The notes under the pieces: generated by a model | The model's database searches: none | Told to the model about the DNA's origin: nothing | What the model saw: the letters and a program-made list of their open reading frames with translations, nothing else | Origin: Selaginella moellendorffii | Lineage: Eukaryota > Plantae > Lycopodiophyta | Direction of reading: 5' to 3' | Length of the DNA stretch: 64,000 nt | Assembly: GCF_000143415.4 (NCBI RefSeq) | Contig: NW_003314271.1 | Span: forward strand, 2,278,499-2,342,498 | Program-made: the position numbers and the translations under genes | Shown: piece by piece, positions 1 through 13,065 of the stretch | Position numbering within the stretch: position 1 is the first letter of the stretch | How the letters are laid out: every line of letters starts with the position of its first letter

Positions 1-1282
1 ACCGTTTCCGACGTCAATAGCGCCGGAAGAGCTCAAGGGTACGGTTACAGCTCAAGTTCCTCTTCAAGATCCTTCCGCTGTGGCGAGCCCTAACATCCAA
101 ATGAATTCCAAGTTGCCCGCTGTCGACCAGGAGAAGGAACTTGCTGAGTTGCGAAGCGAACTCCAGGTATTGTCTTCTGCTAGTTTTTTTGGCTTCTTCT
201 GAAGAAAAATGAATTACAGGAAATGCACGATAAGAACGAACAACTGAAAGCAATCATGAAAGAACTGGAAGACCAGAAACGAGTGTTTTCACTGACGTCG
301 GAGTCGTGCAAGATGGAGCACTTCAAACGTCGAATGATTCACAAAATACAGGTTAGATCTACTGTATAAAGAGCTTTTTTTTTCTTAGTGCTTCATAACA
401 GGGCTGGCACATTACCCGACTCGTCAGCGAGCGAGACAGTTATAAGCTTGATATAAGCCACGGCTACAGGGTGAACCAAAGGTATTATTTCGTAGCGTTT
501 TTTTCCTGTTCATGCTAAAGACTGCAACAGCATAACCATTGAAGGAAAGGGATCAGCTTCCTCTGCGTGGATCCAATTAACACCTGATTTGAACTTCATT
601 GAAAAGGTTATTTGGACTTGCGGTTCAACGTTCTTTACTCACATGGATGAAAGTTTTACAGGGATTTCCTCGTATGAATTCGGCGCTTCTGTTTCAGTCG
701 TTGCTACCTGCTGAGAAGCACCGAGTTAAGCAGCTTAAAAGCCTTCCAGCAGCCATGCAGGTATGGGTTGTTTTGATTCACTCTGTATGTTTTTCTCATT
801 GTCTTTTTAATTGTTATAGCAAAGCAGCGATCTGGTTACGAACTTGATCCAAGTCGCCACGGAGGCTAGAGATTGTCGAGCACATCATCGGTGCTTGGAT
901 TCGGTTCTTTTCACGCTCAATAAAGGTTCGTTTGCTGATTCTATTAAACTCATTTTATGAATCCTCCATTTTTCAGACCACGGGATATGTTTGCAATACG
1001 ACTTCATGAACTATAGATTGCGCCTGAAGATAACACTTGTTTTCTCGTTGCAATCACTCTGCACGTAAGCTCTTCTTAGCATGTTTTTTAAATTGATGTT
1101 CTGTGTCTCTCAGTGGGCAATATCCAAAAGCCATCATGCCTTGTGAGGTACTTGTGGACTCGACAAGGAGAACACAGAGTGTTATTACAGAGGAGGACTT
1201 AAACACCGCAATTTACTCTCTTCCTGCCGGATATCAAAGGTTTCACCGTATATGTGCGTGCGTAGCTACATTCCTTCCGTGA
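1..1282 (+). CDS. KNL1: 3' part of a multi-exon gene, kinetochore protein KNL1/Spc105-like (coiled coil plus C-terminal RWD region); 5' end lies outside the window
   Basis: Hand-spliced exons give EMHDKNEQLKAIMKELEDQK (coiled coil) ... SSDLVTNLIQVATE ... LQYDFMNYRLRLKITLVFSLQSLCT-GQYPKAIMPCEV ... AIYSLPAGYQRFHRICACVATFLP*, with TGA at 1280-1282. This resembles the plant KNL1 C-terminus as I recall it (G.YP..vlP, GY.R..R.C.C). Confidence 0.65.
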
Positions 1283-1344
1283 CTGGTTCTGACACTTGTA
1301 TCCGGCGCTGTAATTAACGACTCTCGCTTTCTCGATTCTCGACT

Positions 1345-2125
1345 TCATTCCTGGGATCTCTTGCGTTTAAGAATGTTCTGCAGGAGGTCATCCAGTACAT
1401 GGAGCAGCTGCGCATTTGCCTCTGGATTTTTGAGCACCAATACCATGTGTGGAAGAGCCGCAATCCGGCCTTCCATCGCTGCAAGGTACTTGTTATAGAG
1501 TTTGAGTTTGAGAGTGCACTGATATCTTACCAGATGCCTTACCAGATGCTTTGGAATTGTTCACCCCCGTATCAACGCCGATTATCGGACACACGGACGC
1601 TGGCAGATGGTTTGCAGCAGCGAAATCGTGGTACCTGTTACATGAAAGTTTTCAGTTGCATAATTCGTTTGACGTGTAAACTACCATTTCTCCAGTTCTA
1701 GCTTCTGCTTTGGTTGGAACAAGGTGTAAACAAGGATAACCCCTTCTGCGTTGCTGGCTACTGCTGGATGGTAAGCTTCATATCTACACAAAAAAAAGTA
1801 ATCAGACTGAAAGTACGTTTGCAGGGTGACGAGGATTACCTTGCGTCTCCAGAACAGTCCCAGAGCTCCAAAGTTGTGTTTTTATTGATCGAGAGTTCCT
1901 GGATTCTAAGGAACAACGAAACAAGTCACGGTAAGCTCTCTCGATCAGCACGGTTTTTCTTTACCTGACTCCCACGGTGGGTGTGTATCGTCGCCCAGAT
2001 TCCCATGGCGCTCCAGCCAGGGCTCTCGCCAACGCCGTCTTGCCGCTGCATTTTGGACCAACGATGCAAACCTTGAGCACCTTGGAAGTTGGGTAGTTTC
2101 TCCTCGCTTCTTCCGCTCCTCTCAT
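1345..2125 (-). CDS. IFT22: Intraflagellar transport protein 22 (RABL5, Rab-like GTPase), 5 exons
   Basis: Not in the ORF track; spliced by hand at GT-AG introns: MRGAEEARRNYPTSKVLKVCIVGPKCSGKTALARALAG...YTPTVGVR|IQELSINKNTTLELWDCSGDAR|YEAYHPAVASNAEGVILVY...ELEKW|YHDFAAANHLPASVCPIIGV...|AMEGRIAAL...LDDLLQNILKRKRSQE*. It has the P-loop GPxxSGKT, PTxGVRI and ELWDCSGD, and lacks NKxD, as is typical of IFT22. Confidence 0.85.
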
Positions 2126-2191
2126 TTTTTTTCTCTTTTATGTTTTACTTTAGGGTTCTTCAGCAATGCATTGGTGAGGAAGGGACAAAAA

Positions 2192-2994
2192 ATGGGCAAC
2201 ACATCGTCCATGCTCACGCAGTACGATATTGAGGAGGTCCAGAGCCACTGCAAAGGAATCTGTAAGTGTTCTTCGATCAATTAGCTGGGCTCCAGAAACA
2301 ATGTCTTTTTTCTCTCCAGTCTCGCAGAGAGAAATCATCTCTTTGTACGAAAGGTTTTGCATTTTGGATCGCTCTGGCAAAGGCTTCATCCTCGAGGACG
2401 AGTTCATGGCAGTTCCCGAGTTTGCATTGAATCCTCTAGCTCAGGTGAATGGCTCTTTCTAGCTTTTTCGTGATCTCCTCCATGCCTTTGATTTTTCCAG
2501 AGACTCCTCAGGATACTCGAGGGCGTGAATTTCAAGGAATTTGTTCTGCTGCTGTCGGCATTCAGTCCCCGAGCCAGCTTCAAGGAGAAGATGGAGTGTA
2601 AGGAACTCCTTCCGCTTTTCCCATCGCCTTATGGTGTTTCTTTTTCAGTCATTTTTAAGGTGTATGATTCCGATGGCGATGGGAAAGTGACAACAAGTGA
2701 CATATTGGGAGTCCTTCGTGATCTTTCTGGTTCTTTCCTCACCGAGAAGCAGCGAGAGGTAAAAGCAAGCGCTTCCTTCTCTGTCGTTTCACAGCTTTCT
2801 CCTGTTTGCCTAGCAAGTCGTGATCCAAGCGCTGGATCAAGCAGGGTTCTCATCTGGCTGCATGCTCACTTACGAAGACTTCGTGAAGGTAAGTACCCAA
2901 GCTTCTTAAGTTCACATAGCTTTGCCGCCTTTGTGTCCCCTAGGTGCTTGTCAAGGCAAATCTTAAAATGGAGGTGGAAGTTCCTGTGGATTGA
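2192..2994 (+). CDS. Calcineurin B subunit-like EF-hand protein, N-myristoylation-type start
   Basis: MGNTSSMLTQYDIEEVQSHC...; SQREIISLYERFCILDRSGKGFI; EF-hand DSDGDGKVTTSD; ends VLVKANLKMEVEVPVD* (TGA 2992-2994); short GT-AG introns. Confidence 0.85.
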
Positions 2995-3802
2995 GCACGA
3001 AGAAACAATGCACGATCCCACTAGTCCAAGCATCTCCATGAGAGAGGATCGTTGCGTGAGTTTAGATAATGTCTCAGTAAAAGCAGTGTGTAATCTTATG
3101 TCTTGAGTGAGTTCCAAAATGGCAGGGTCGTGAGGAGTCCGGTTCATCAAAGAAACTCTGGAAATAATTCAGCGTTTTCAAAAAAGCGGTGCTTGCAAGC
3201 TGATTTATTTTTACTTTTCTAAATCACAAATTCTAAACTCAGAAAAATAACCTTAACGAAGTATTAGAACATTACTTTCAACACCCCAATAGGAAAATGC
3301 CCAGATTTTAGCACTGTTACCCAAACTGAAGCCGCCACCTGGTGTTTTGCTTTTTACTACACGTTAAGGATATTGACAACGTTTGCTGACAAATTCCAAA
3401 TTTACGATTTCATTTATAGTTGACACGTAATCTAGACTTCTTGCGTGGCTTTCTTGCAAATTTTAGGATGCGATGCCACACGGCACCTGTAAAGAACAAG
3501 CACCACAAGAACTTACTTAGGAACTTACCAATACTTTAATTAAAGTCCACTGATACAGGAATGCACTTCGGTCCAAATATTTTTGAAGGACCAGATACAG
3601 CATATGCCGATCCGATGGCCTCAAAAATATATAACAGCCTTCCCTCTCTCCCACAATGTGGTGTGAGCTTTGATTTTGGGTGAGAGGAGGAAAGAAGACG
3701 TGCTAGGGTTTCATCCATCGGAGCAGTGGATCGATCGGCGCCGTGACCGCCGCGAGAGAGATTCTTGCTTCGTCCTGCATTGTATCGTCGGGGCGATCGA
3801 TC

Positions 3803-6800
3803 ATGCATCAGGTACACCTCCTTTCCGCGCTCTGCGATTTCATCCCCGTGCACAGGAGGAGCACCAGGAGCACAAGGAGCACAAGGAGGGCGATCATCTC
3901 CTCATCCTCGAGGGCGACGCCATCACGTATGTGGCAGTCCCGGACAAGGGAAGGATCTGCTTTGTGGATCACCACACGGGGACCTGGGCGCCTCTCCCCG
4001 AGTCCGAGCGCTGCTGCCTCAAGGAGAGCCAACACGTCCACGCTCATGTCCATCACGGGGACACCACCGAGGATGTTCTGCTCGAGCAGGTATGGAATTG
4101 GCGTGGCTGGACGATTGACAGGCTTGCTCTTGGGTGGCAGTGCGTGGAGGAGGCATGCTGGGCTCTCCCCATGTCTTGGAACGAGCTCACTTCATCGCAC
4201 AGGGACGAGCACAAGCACGACGACGACTGTGGCCACAACCAGATCCCTCACGGTGATCACTACGACTTCCTGGTGCCCAAGCAGGATGGATCCTACGCGC
4301 TCGTCCGAGATGCCGGGGATTCCCAGTACGAGCACGGCCGCCTAGTCAAGGTGGGAGAGTCGCTGGGAAAGCTCAAGCGGCGGCCGAAGCAGCAGCTGAT
4401 GGATATCTTCAGCTACCAGACCACCGACGGCAGAGGTTACGAGATTCTGGCTGAGGAGGACGATGCGGTGGTACACTCGCCCAGGCTTGCCGAGAACATC
4501 CTAAGCATTCCAGAGAACTTCCAGCAAGTTACGCGGACTGTGTTGAGCGTGATGGGTCTTTGCTGCCCCTCGGAGGTTCCTCTTGTCAGGAAAATCTTGG
4601 AGCCTTTACCCGGTGTCAAGGAGGTCTCGGTGAACTACACGTCGCGCAGTGTGACAGTTGTTCACGACAAGCTCTTGACACCTGAAGGACGTCTAGGTAG
4701 ACAGCTTTATCTTCCGTGCTTACTCTGTTTTCTTCTCATCCTTCATTCTTGTCTTTCTCCAGTCAAAGCACTCAACGAAGCCAGGCTAGACGCAAGTTTA
4801 CATCGTCGTGGAGAGCTGAAGAAGGCCAACAAGTGGCCCAGTCCGTGGACCATTTGCTGCGGTATTCTACTGCTTGTATCCTTTTTCAAACACTTCTGGA
4901 ACCCTTTGAAATGGATGGCTATCGGAGCCGTGGCTGTTGGTATACCGCCGATTCTTATGCGGAGCATAGCATCTCTAAGACGCTGGATTCTAGACATTAA
5001 CATTCTTATGCTCATAGCAGGTACGATGAGTTGACAGGAAAGCAGGCTTTCCAGTGTCTGATGATGAAACGTTAGATCAGTCGGCGGCGCTATTGCTCTA
5101 GCTGACTACATTGAAGCTGGATCGATCGTATTTCTGTTTACTCTAGCTGAGTGGCTGGAAGGACGATCGAGCGAGCAGGTAAGCTGTTCTTGTTTTTCGT
5201 TTTGTTTGTCCTTGCTCTTTATGACACTCGTCGTGGTGTCTCAGGCGCGTTCCGCACTGGCGTCCGGTCTGGATGTCCCTCGGAACGCCATCCTTGCCGA
5301 AACCGGGGCGATGGTCTCCGTTGACGAAGTGAAACTTGGATCATCAATTGCTGTCAAAGCTGGGGAGATGATTCCCGTAGACGGGACTATCCTGTCGGGA
5401 GGGTGCTCTTTGGATGAAAGCAGCTTGACTGGTGAATCAAAACCTGTCGAGAAGACTTGCGGAAGCGAGGTTTGGGCTGGAACAGTGAATTTGGCTGGTA
5501 CGAGGATTTATTCTTACGGTTCACTTTCGAAACTAACGTCATCCATGTCTGCAGGCTACATCACCGTGCAAACCACTGCACTTGCTGAAGACTCGGCTGT
5601 CTCAAGAATGATCAAACTCGTGGAGGAAGCTCAAGCAAAACGATCTCACTTCGAGCAGCTTGTGGAGAAGTTTGCAAAATTCTACACTCCTGGTAACTCG
5701 ACAAAATCTCTGTGCCATTGCTAATACAGCGTTGCTCCGCGACAGTTTTGGTGGCGACAGCTCTTGGTCTGGCACTCATTCCGTTGATAGCGCACGTTCG
5801 CAATGAGAAGCACTGGCTGTACTTAGCTCTCGTTCTGCTCGTTGTGGCTTGCCCGTGTGCTTTAGTCCTTTCGACGCCCGTCGCAGTCGCCTGCGGAATA
5901 CAACACGCAGCAAGACTTGGAGTCGTGATCAAGGGTGGAAGCTACCTTGAAATCCTGGCCAAGATCAAATGCTTAGCTATGGACAAGACGGGAACACTGA
6001 CAGAGGGACACTTCCGCGTTTCCGAAGTTGTGGCTGTTGGTGAAACCGAAGATCTGCAACAAATCTTGTATTGGTACGTTTGATTTTCCTGCTGTGTGTT
6101 GCTGATATAGTGTTTCTTGTTGCGCAGGTTGGCGAGTGTTGAAAGTAGATCGAGCCATCCAATGGCCGCTGCACTCGTCACGTACGCTAGCTTACAAGAT
6201 GTTGTTCCATCGAAGTCCGTTACAGACTTTCAGATCATTGAAGGCGAAGGTGTGTCCGCCGTTGTGGATGGGCACTTGATAGAGATTGGTAACGCGCGAT
6301 TAGCATCTCGCCTTGGCTGGAGCAATACAGGTTCTATCGGCTCCTCTTTCCGTGGACTTGTAATCTAACTGTTAGTTTTTCTCCAGCCATTACGAAGCTA
6401 GCGACTCAAACAGCAACCATCGGCTGGGTTGGAAAGGATCACCAGCTCCTGGCAGTTTTCAGCCTCGAGGATCATGTACGGGAGGAAGCAGCAGAAGCAG
6501 TGCGGAGTCTAAAGGTTTACCTTTGAGCTTTTTTTCCGTGTTTGCTCACAAGCTGTCTTTTGTTTATGGCAGCGTCTGAACGTCCAGATTCATATGTTGA
6601 CTGGGGATAACAATGAGACGGCCCAGGACGTCCAGAGCAAAGTAAGCTTCGATTTCGTCTTGTATCTTCGAGGGGTCACTTGAACTATCTCCACTACAGT
6701 TGGGAGGAGTCACTGTGCACGCCGGTCTTCTCCCTCAGGACAAAGTCAGAATCATCCAAGAGCTGAAAGAAAACGCCGGTGTGACGGGAATGATAGGGGA

Positions 6801-7380
6801 TGGGATAAACGATGCCCCGGCTTTAGCAGCAGCGGACGTAGGATTCGCCATGGGTCTAGCCGGATCAGCAGTGGCAATGGAGACATCGGACGTTTTCCTG
6901 ATGACCGACGATCTCCGGAAGCTGGGCTTGGTGGTGAGCCTGGGAAGGAGAGTCCGCACCAAAGTTATACAGAACGTTGTCATCTCGGTAGGCCTCAAAG
7001 CCGCAATGCTGGCACTCTCGTTCGCTGGCTATGGCTACCTGTGGATGGCTGTCCTGGTAGACGTCGGGGCGTGCTTGCTGGTGATCTCAAACAGCACGCT
7101 CTTGCTCCGTGGAACAGGGAAGACGAGATCGTCGGGCAACCACCATCGCCATGGAAAGAATTGCAAGGATCACGACCACGATCAGCACAGTAGTAAACAG
7201 TCCTCCAAGGACGACGATCACGCTGAAAGAACACAGTGCTCAGATCACGAGCATGCCGCTGAAAAGCACCAGCTCCATCGCCACCATAGCCATGACCATA
7301 CCCAGCAGGATCAAACACACTCGCACTGCAAGAACGCTTGTGGCAAAGGCCAATCGTGCTGCAGCGTGCCAAAGATATAA
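3803..7380 (+). CDS. P1B-2 type heavy-metal (Zn/Cd) transporting ATPase, HMA2/3/4-like, with a long His-rich N-terminal extension and a His/Cys-rich C-terminal tail
   Basis: GLCCPSEVP HMA domain, TGES, ACPCAL, DKTGT, SSHP, TGD and GDGINDAP motifs; C-terminal His-rich tail ending ACGKGQSCCSVPKI*. Proposed start ATG CAT CAG|gt at 3803, spliced to GAG at 3856. Confidence 0.93.
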
Positions 7381-7896
7381 ACAAAGTCTCCATTTCGTTC
7401 ACTCTTGCTTACTCAGGACTTTTTTCTCCAGGCTTCATACATAAACGGCCACGACCATTGTCTGTTGATTCTCTTTTTGATTGCATTGCATTATTGCTAG
7501 CATTGTTGAAATCATTCGTGTCATTTTTTTATTTGATTTGAGTAGGCATTTACAAATCCTAAGTGTTGATAACTTTTTTAGTTTTGACTTAGTCAGTTTT
7601 CATTTTGCGTTCAGTTATGGGTTTATGCTGATGCAAGAGAGTACAAGCATCCTTAATAAATATCATCCCATTGCAATGGTACTTTATACAACTAATTGAA
7701 ATAAACTACTTCACCATAATAATGTTTAGGGTTTTGAGACATATTTCTTAAATGCTATTAAAGGGTGATTATGTTACCACCACTTTGTTGTTAAAGCAAA
7801 ATAATTTAGTTATCCATATTATTTACTAAGCCTTCAAGTTTCAAATTTACAATTTTGAAGTTGTTCATCACTTTAAGAGTTCAATATGATGTTGGT

Positions 7897-8008
<112 letters not shown>

Positions 8009-8449
8009 ATATTGTTTTAACATTTGTGGATTTTTTAAACAAGGGTTTATACTATTAATAATTGTTATGTTTGATATTCAGTATCCACAAGATGCAAAGC
8101 TAAATTTGCATTCTTTAGATAATGTTGGGGAGGATTAAAAAAAGTGTTAAGATGTGAATCCAAGGGATTTGTGATGGCTTTAAGAATCTTGTATCATTTG
8201 TCAATAACTTACATTTATATGCTTAATATCACTTTAAAAATAACCTTCTTTATTTTGTAGGGATTGATATAAATGATTATTTATTCTTAATAGTGATTTT
8301 GGTTTTCATTTCAGACTTCCTCAACTCTCCTATTTTAAGATATCCTTATATAATTAAAAAGTTGCAGAAGTCTTGTTATTACCTGAAGATACAATAATAT
8401 GTCATCAAAGTATATATATATATAAGATCATAATACTCCCCTTCATATT

Positions 8450-8800
8450 ATAGAAGGACGGTTGGAATTAATTGTAATTTTTTATTCATTTGAGTTGGTG
8501 GCATTCTATTATATAAGGCCTTTTCCTTGACTGCTAGAAATAAATATGTAATTATTGCTTTCGATTATTTAACTTATTTAGTTACTCTTGCTAATGCATC
8601 TATAATTATTATTAGATACTTCCTCTTCAATCAAGTGGTATTCCAACATTCTTGTCTAGAGAGGGTGTTTTTGGACAACGATCTTACATTTATACTTGAG
8701 GTATGTCATATTTTGATATCTCAATTGGTATAACATATGTTGTTTTCACCCTTTACCCTATAATGATTTACCATAAAATAAGAAACTTAACCTTAAACAT
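8450..8800 (+). mobile_element. Degraded Ty3/gypsy integrase fragment
   Basis: PFPLTARNKYVIIAFDYLT ... FLDNDLTF resembles the rve integrase core; stops are present. Confidence 0.6.
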
Positions 8801-8869
8801 GTATATCAAGGGCAATGGAGTGGGACTTGGGTTTTAAAACCTTAAGCCACTAAATAAAGGGATGGACCT

Positions 8870-9957
8870 AAACTGTAGTATATGTGGTTTTTATCTTTTA
8901 TTCTATGGTGATTTATTATAGATAACCATGAAATGGAATCTAAACCCTCCATGTGCTATGTATTATATGCCACGTGCCACATGCCATATGTCCAAAGGAC
9001 AATAGAGTGAAACTTGAATTTCAGGGCTTTAAGCCATTGAATGAAGCCAAACTTCTAAGTATAGAGCCAAGGAGTGATGAGCACATAATAACTCTTGAGC
9101 ATACATTCTAAGGAGTTTAGGCTCACGAAGCAACTTAGAACAATTCAGCATCCCAATGCTAAAACCAATAGGCAAAATAGAGTCAAATAGAGTCTAGTGC
9201 TATTTCAAAGGATATAAATACTCCACTAGCTAGTATGGTGTGGAACTTGAGCTTAAACCCAAGCTAAACATAGAACAAAAACAAAAACGCAAGCAGAAGC
9301 AAAACTATGCCTTAGGTTGATTAGCCATGCCTAACCTACCCACTATCTCTACTATACATTTGGAACTACCCCCCCTTACCCCTTGAGGAACACATGCTTT
9401 GGGTTTTCACCCAAAGCCTCCCTTAGTACCAAGAATTAGTATCTGGGACAAGTTTGAAACTTATTAGAAATGGAATGCCCCAAGATTGTGAATTTGGATA
9501 TGGGATAAACACCATTGTGTTCAGGGCAATCTCTACATTTTGTAAATATGCCAAATAAGCAAATCTAGACACTTTCCATAAATAGTATTTAGAACTAAAA
9601 TGAGACTAACACAAAGGACTTGATAGCGAGGGTGTTTGGCAGACATAATAAGTTATCATCTAGTGATATTGAGGGACTAGTTTCAATATGTGAGGGTTTT
9701 TATCAAGCTAGTGCAAAACAGAGCAAAAGAGAACAAATTAGGCCAAATATGTTTGGCTAAATAGACATTTAGGAATTTTATCCTTATGCTCATCCAGCCA
9801 AGTACAAATGCAAAATCAAGTTTATTAACACTTGAATAAGAGGGATTCATAAAATATCTAATAATACCGACCTCCTGCTATCGTGGCAATAAGGAAAGAA
9901 TATCCAAAAAGACTAACCAATAGGTAATTTTCAATACCCAAAGTCATATTCGCGACA
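8870..9957 (-). mobile_element. Decayed LTR copy, inverted homologue of 61542-62700
   Basis: Long-range reverse-complement match (e.g. cctacccactat, ccttgaggaacaca, gattgtgaatttggatatggga). Homology stops at cgcgaca (9957), the reverse complement of the LTR start TGTCGCG at 61542. Confidence 0.8.
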
Positions 9958-10399
9958 TTAAGGAAGTGCTAAAAAATAACTCCCACTCCTGGAAGAGAAA
10001 CTAATTGTAATGCTCCCAACCTAGGTAGAATGGTGCCCCACTTAAGTACCATATAGCTCATTGATCCTCGCCTCGTCATAAAAGCTTGGGCTTTCCCTTT
10101 AAAACAGAGGTGGGGAGTTAGAATATTGCTATTATGTCATAGTGTTTCCCTCAAAAATGCATTTAAGGCTTAGAATTTTCTTTTTTCCAATTTATCAATT
10201 TACCTCATCTATCTAACCACTTTTGCATTGGCCTTAGTTAAATTCTTTTGCTAAGGTTCACACCTCTTACTTAATCCCACTTAAATTTAGCTACTCACTA
10301 TATAAGCAACAAGGTGTTAACTATCCATCCATAAATTCCCAAACTCTCTCCCAATCCCTTTCTTTAGATTAAATTAGATTTAAAGCTTAGCTATACTCT

Positions 10400-12350
10400 T
10401 CGCATTATACCAAGGGATATTAGAAATCTGAAGACTTGGTGTGCTTGGTTGCTTATAGTGAAGGATAGAGGCAGATCACTAGAAGATGGCTAAGGCAAAT
10501 TAGAAAGGAACAAAAGTAAAGATTAAACTATCTGTGCAGATGTAACCTTTAGTCAAACAAGAAGTAGTGAATGAAAAATCCTTATATGAGAAGGACTCCA
10601 ATAGTTGTTCAAGGCTTGATTAGACGCTCTAAAAGGACAATCTAAAGACCCTCATATACAAGTTAATGCATTACAAGAAATAAAAGAAAAAATAAAAGAT
10701 TGTAGATATAAGTAATGTAGAAGGCATGGACTTTTTGATGAGTACTAAGGTATAACTAAATAGGGTTGAGTAAAGTGAGGTGAAGTCTATCCTATAAGCA
10801 ATTCTTAAGTACAAACCAAAGCCTCTATTGGTTTTTAAGGGAGTGAATGACTATAATGTGGTGGAAATATTTATTCTATGATATAGAGGATTAGTTTTAA
10901 GTGTTATGATTATTAAACTCACAAAAAATCTCATATGCAAAACTATACTTAAAGGATAATGTTAAATTTTCGTGAACAATGACAAAGGCTAATGAAAAAC
11001 CAATAACTACCTGGGAAGTGATGAAGACAAAAATTCAAATAATCTATATTCCCCCAAATGTTATTTTGCATTTGAAGGATGAGTTGAGCAGAGTAAAGCA
11101 AACAGAAACCATTTATATATGAATGTGATTATGGCTAAAAGGATCTTTTTCATAAATATAGGTGATATAAATAAAGGAAGCATTAGATGTGGTTACCAAG
11201 ATGCATTTTAATAACAATCAGCAAAAACAAACTCAACTAGGTCTAGGTCTATATTTAACAAGGGATTCAGACCAAAAGAAATATATAAAAAAGGGAAATT
11301 CAAAAACAATTTCTTTAAAAATGAGTTTGTGAAGTTTTGGAAAGGCCAAAAAATATATAGGTGAAGTCCAAACAAAGGTATGTAATCCAATCTTTATCTT
11401 AAAGTTATTCATTACATAAGCAACTTTGGTAGAGAGTTACTTATGACATTTACTAGCCCTCCAAAGGAAGCTTAGAGGTAGCTCTATTAAGATCTTTATT
11501 GATATAAATGCTTTAAAAAATTTTATGGTTGCACACAATCTAACAAGCTAAATTAACAATGCAATAACTAGGATAATTAAGGACTATAGAGTTTGTTTAA
11601 AGTAGCCAAAGCACCAATGAAGTACTTTGATAAGAGCTGAAGTAAGGATATAGAAAGTGGACATGAATTTTACTATTTTAAACATAGTGTGATTTGATAT
11701 AATCTTTGAGATGGATTAGTTCAATTATTTATAATAGCATTGCATGAATAAAGTAGAAACCTAATGGTATTGATGAATACACTTGGAGAATGATCTATGG
11801 TGAAGGCCTAAGATCTATAAAGAGGGTGAAGTAAGTCTAAAGATTCCTACTTGAACTTAGTGCCTACTAAAAAATAGTTTACTAAGAGAACTAAGGTAGC
11901 ATTTTTGTGCTTACTCTTTATGAAACGATAAAAAGATGGGAATAAAAAAAATACCCTTAATGATCCAACAAGTATTAGATCAATTTTGAGATACAATACT
12001 AAAGAAATTGTTGGCGGGGTTACCCCCTACTTAATTAATAGAATATAAGATTGAGTTAGTTGAGTGATTCATCCCCCTTATCAATTGAATGAAAAGGAAC
12101 TCAAAGAGTTTAAATACTAACTTAAGGAGTTGATTGATGAACAATTTGCCATATGAAACTTTAGTGTTATTTATTTTAAAAAAACAATGGCTTTATGTGT
12201 ATATGCATAGATGACTAGTTGTTCAACAAGTATACAAAGAAGAATAAATACCCTTTATCAATGATTAAAGACTTGTTTGATAGGTTGGAAAAAGTAAAAT
12301 ACTTCTTACAAATCCCTTTATCAATTGAATAAAAAGGAAGTCAAGGAGCT
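10400..12350 (+). mobile_element. Highly degraded Ty3/gypsy gag-pol remnant
   Basis: RT-start peptides EYKIELVE..PYQLNEKELKE and NKYTKKNKYPLSMIKDLFDRLEKVKYF; many stops; AT-rich. Confidence 0.75.
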
Positions 12351-12354
12351 TAAA

Positions 12355-13065
12355 TGCATCCATAACCCATGAGATAAAGGTGATTAGACATAACTTTAGT
12401 ATAATAAGTTAATATATCAGTGGTACCTTTGAGTGTTTGTCATAGGATTGAACATGTGACACTTATGCTCCACGTGTTTAATCCTATAACAAACACCCAA
12501 AAGTACCATTGATATATTAGCCTGTTATATTAAGGATATATTTAATCACCTTTGTCTCGTAAGTCATGAATGACCCAATAGATGCATTTCATTCATAACC
12601 TTCATAAGTCTTATTCCCGACTTGAGGGATATATTAGTATTGTGAATGGCATTTATGCCATTTGGCCTTTGCACTTGGTTTAAGTGTTCCACATATTCGA
12701 TCATATAACAAACACCCAAAGGTACCACTAATATATTAACCTATTATGCTAAAGCTATATTTAATCACCTTTATCTTGTGGGTTATGGATGACCCAATAG
12801 ATGCTATTCACTCACAACCTCCATAAGTCTCATTCCCGACTTAGAGGACATATTAATATCATGAATGGCATCTATGCCACTCAGCATTTGCACTTGGTCT
12901 GAGTGCTCCAAGTGTTCAATCTTATGATAGACACCTAAAGGTACTACTAATATATCAGCCTATTATATTAAGGTTATGTTTAATCACCATTGTGTTATAA
13001 GTAGTCTAAAACCACCCATACTATAGTTTCATCTCCCAAAGATTAAGTCATCCATCCATGAGTGG
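12355..13065. repeat. About 220-bp tandem repeats (2-3 copies) plus an adjacent inverted copy forming a foldback; homologous in reverse to 62700-62950
   Basis: Recurring blocks aaacacccaaa(a/g)gtacca and gacccaatagatgc; 12355-12460 is the reverse complement of 12470-12572. Confidence 0.8.

Noticed and set aside
1384-1968. Apparent plus-strand exons and ORFs
   Set aside because: They give no coherent protein; the minus strand splices cleanly into IFT22.
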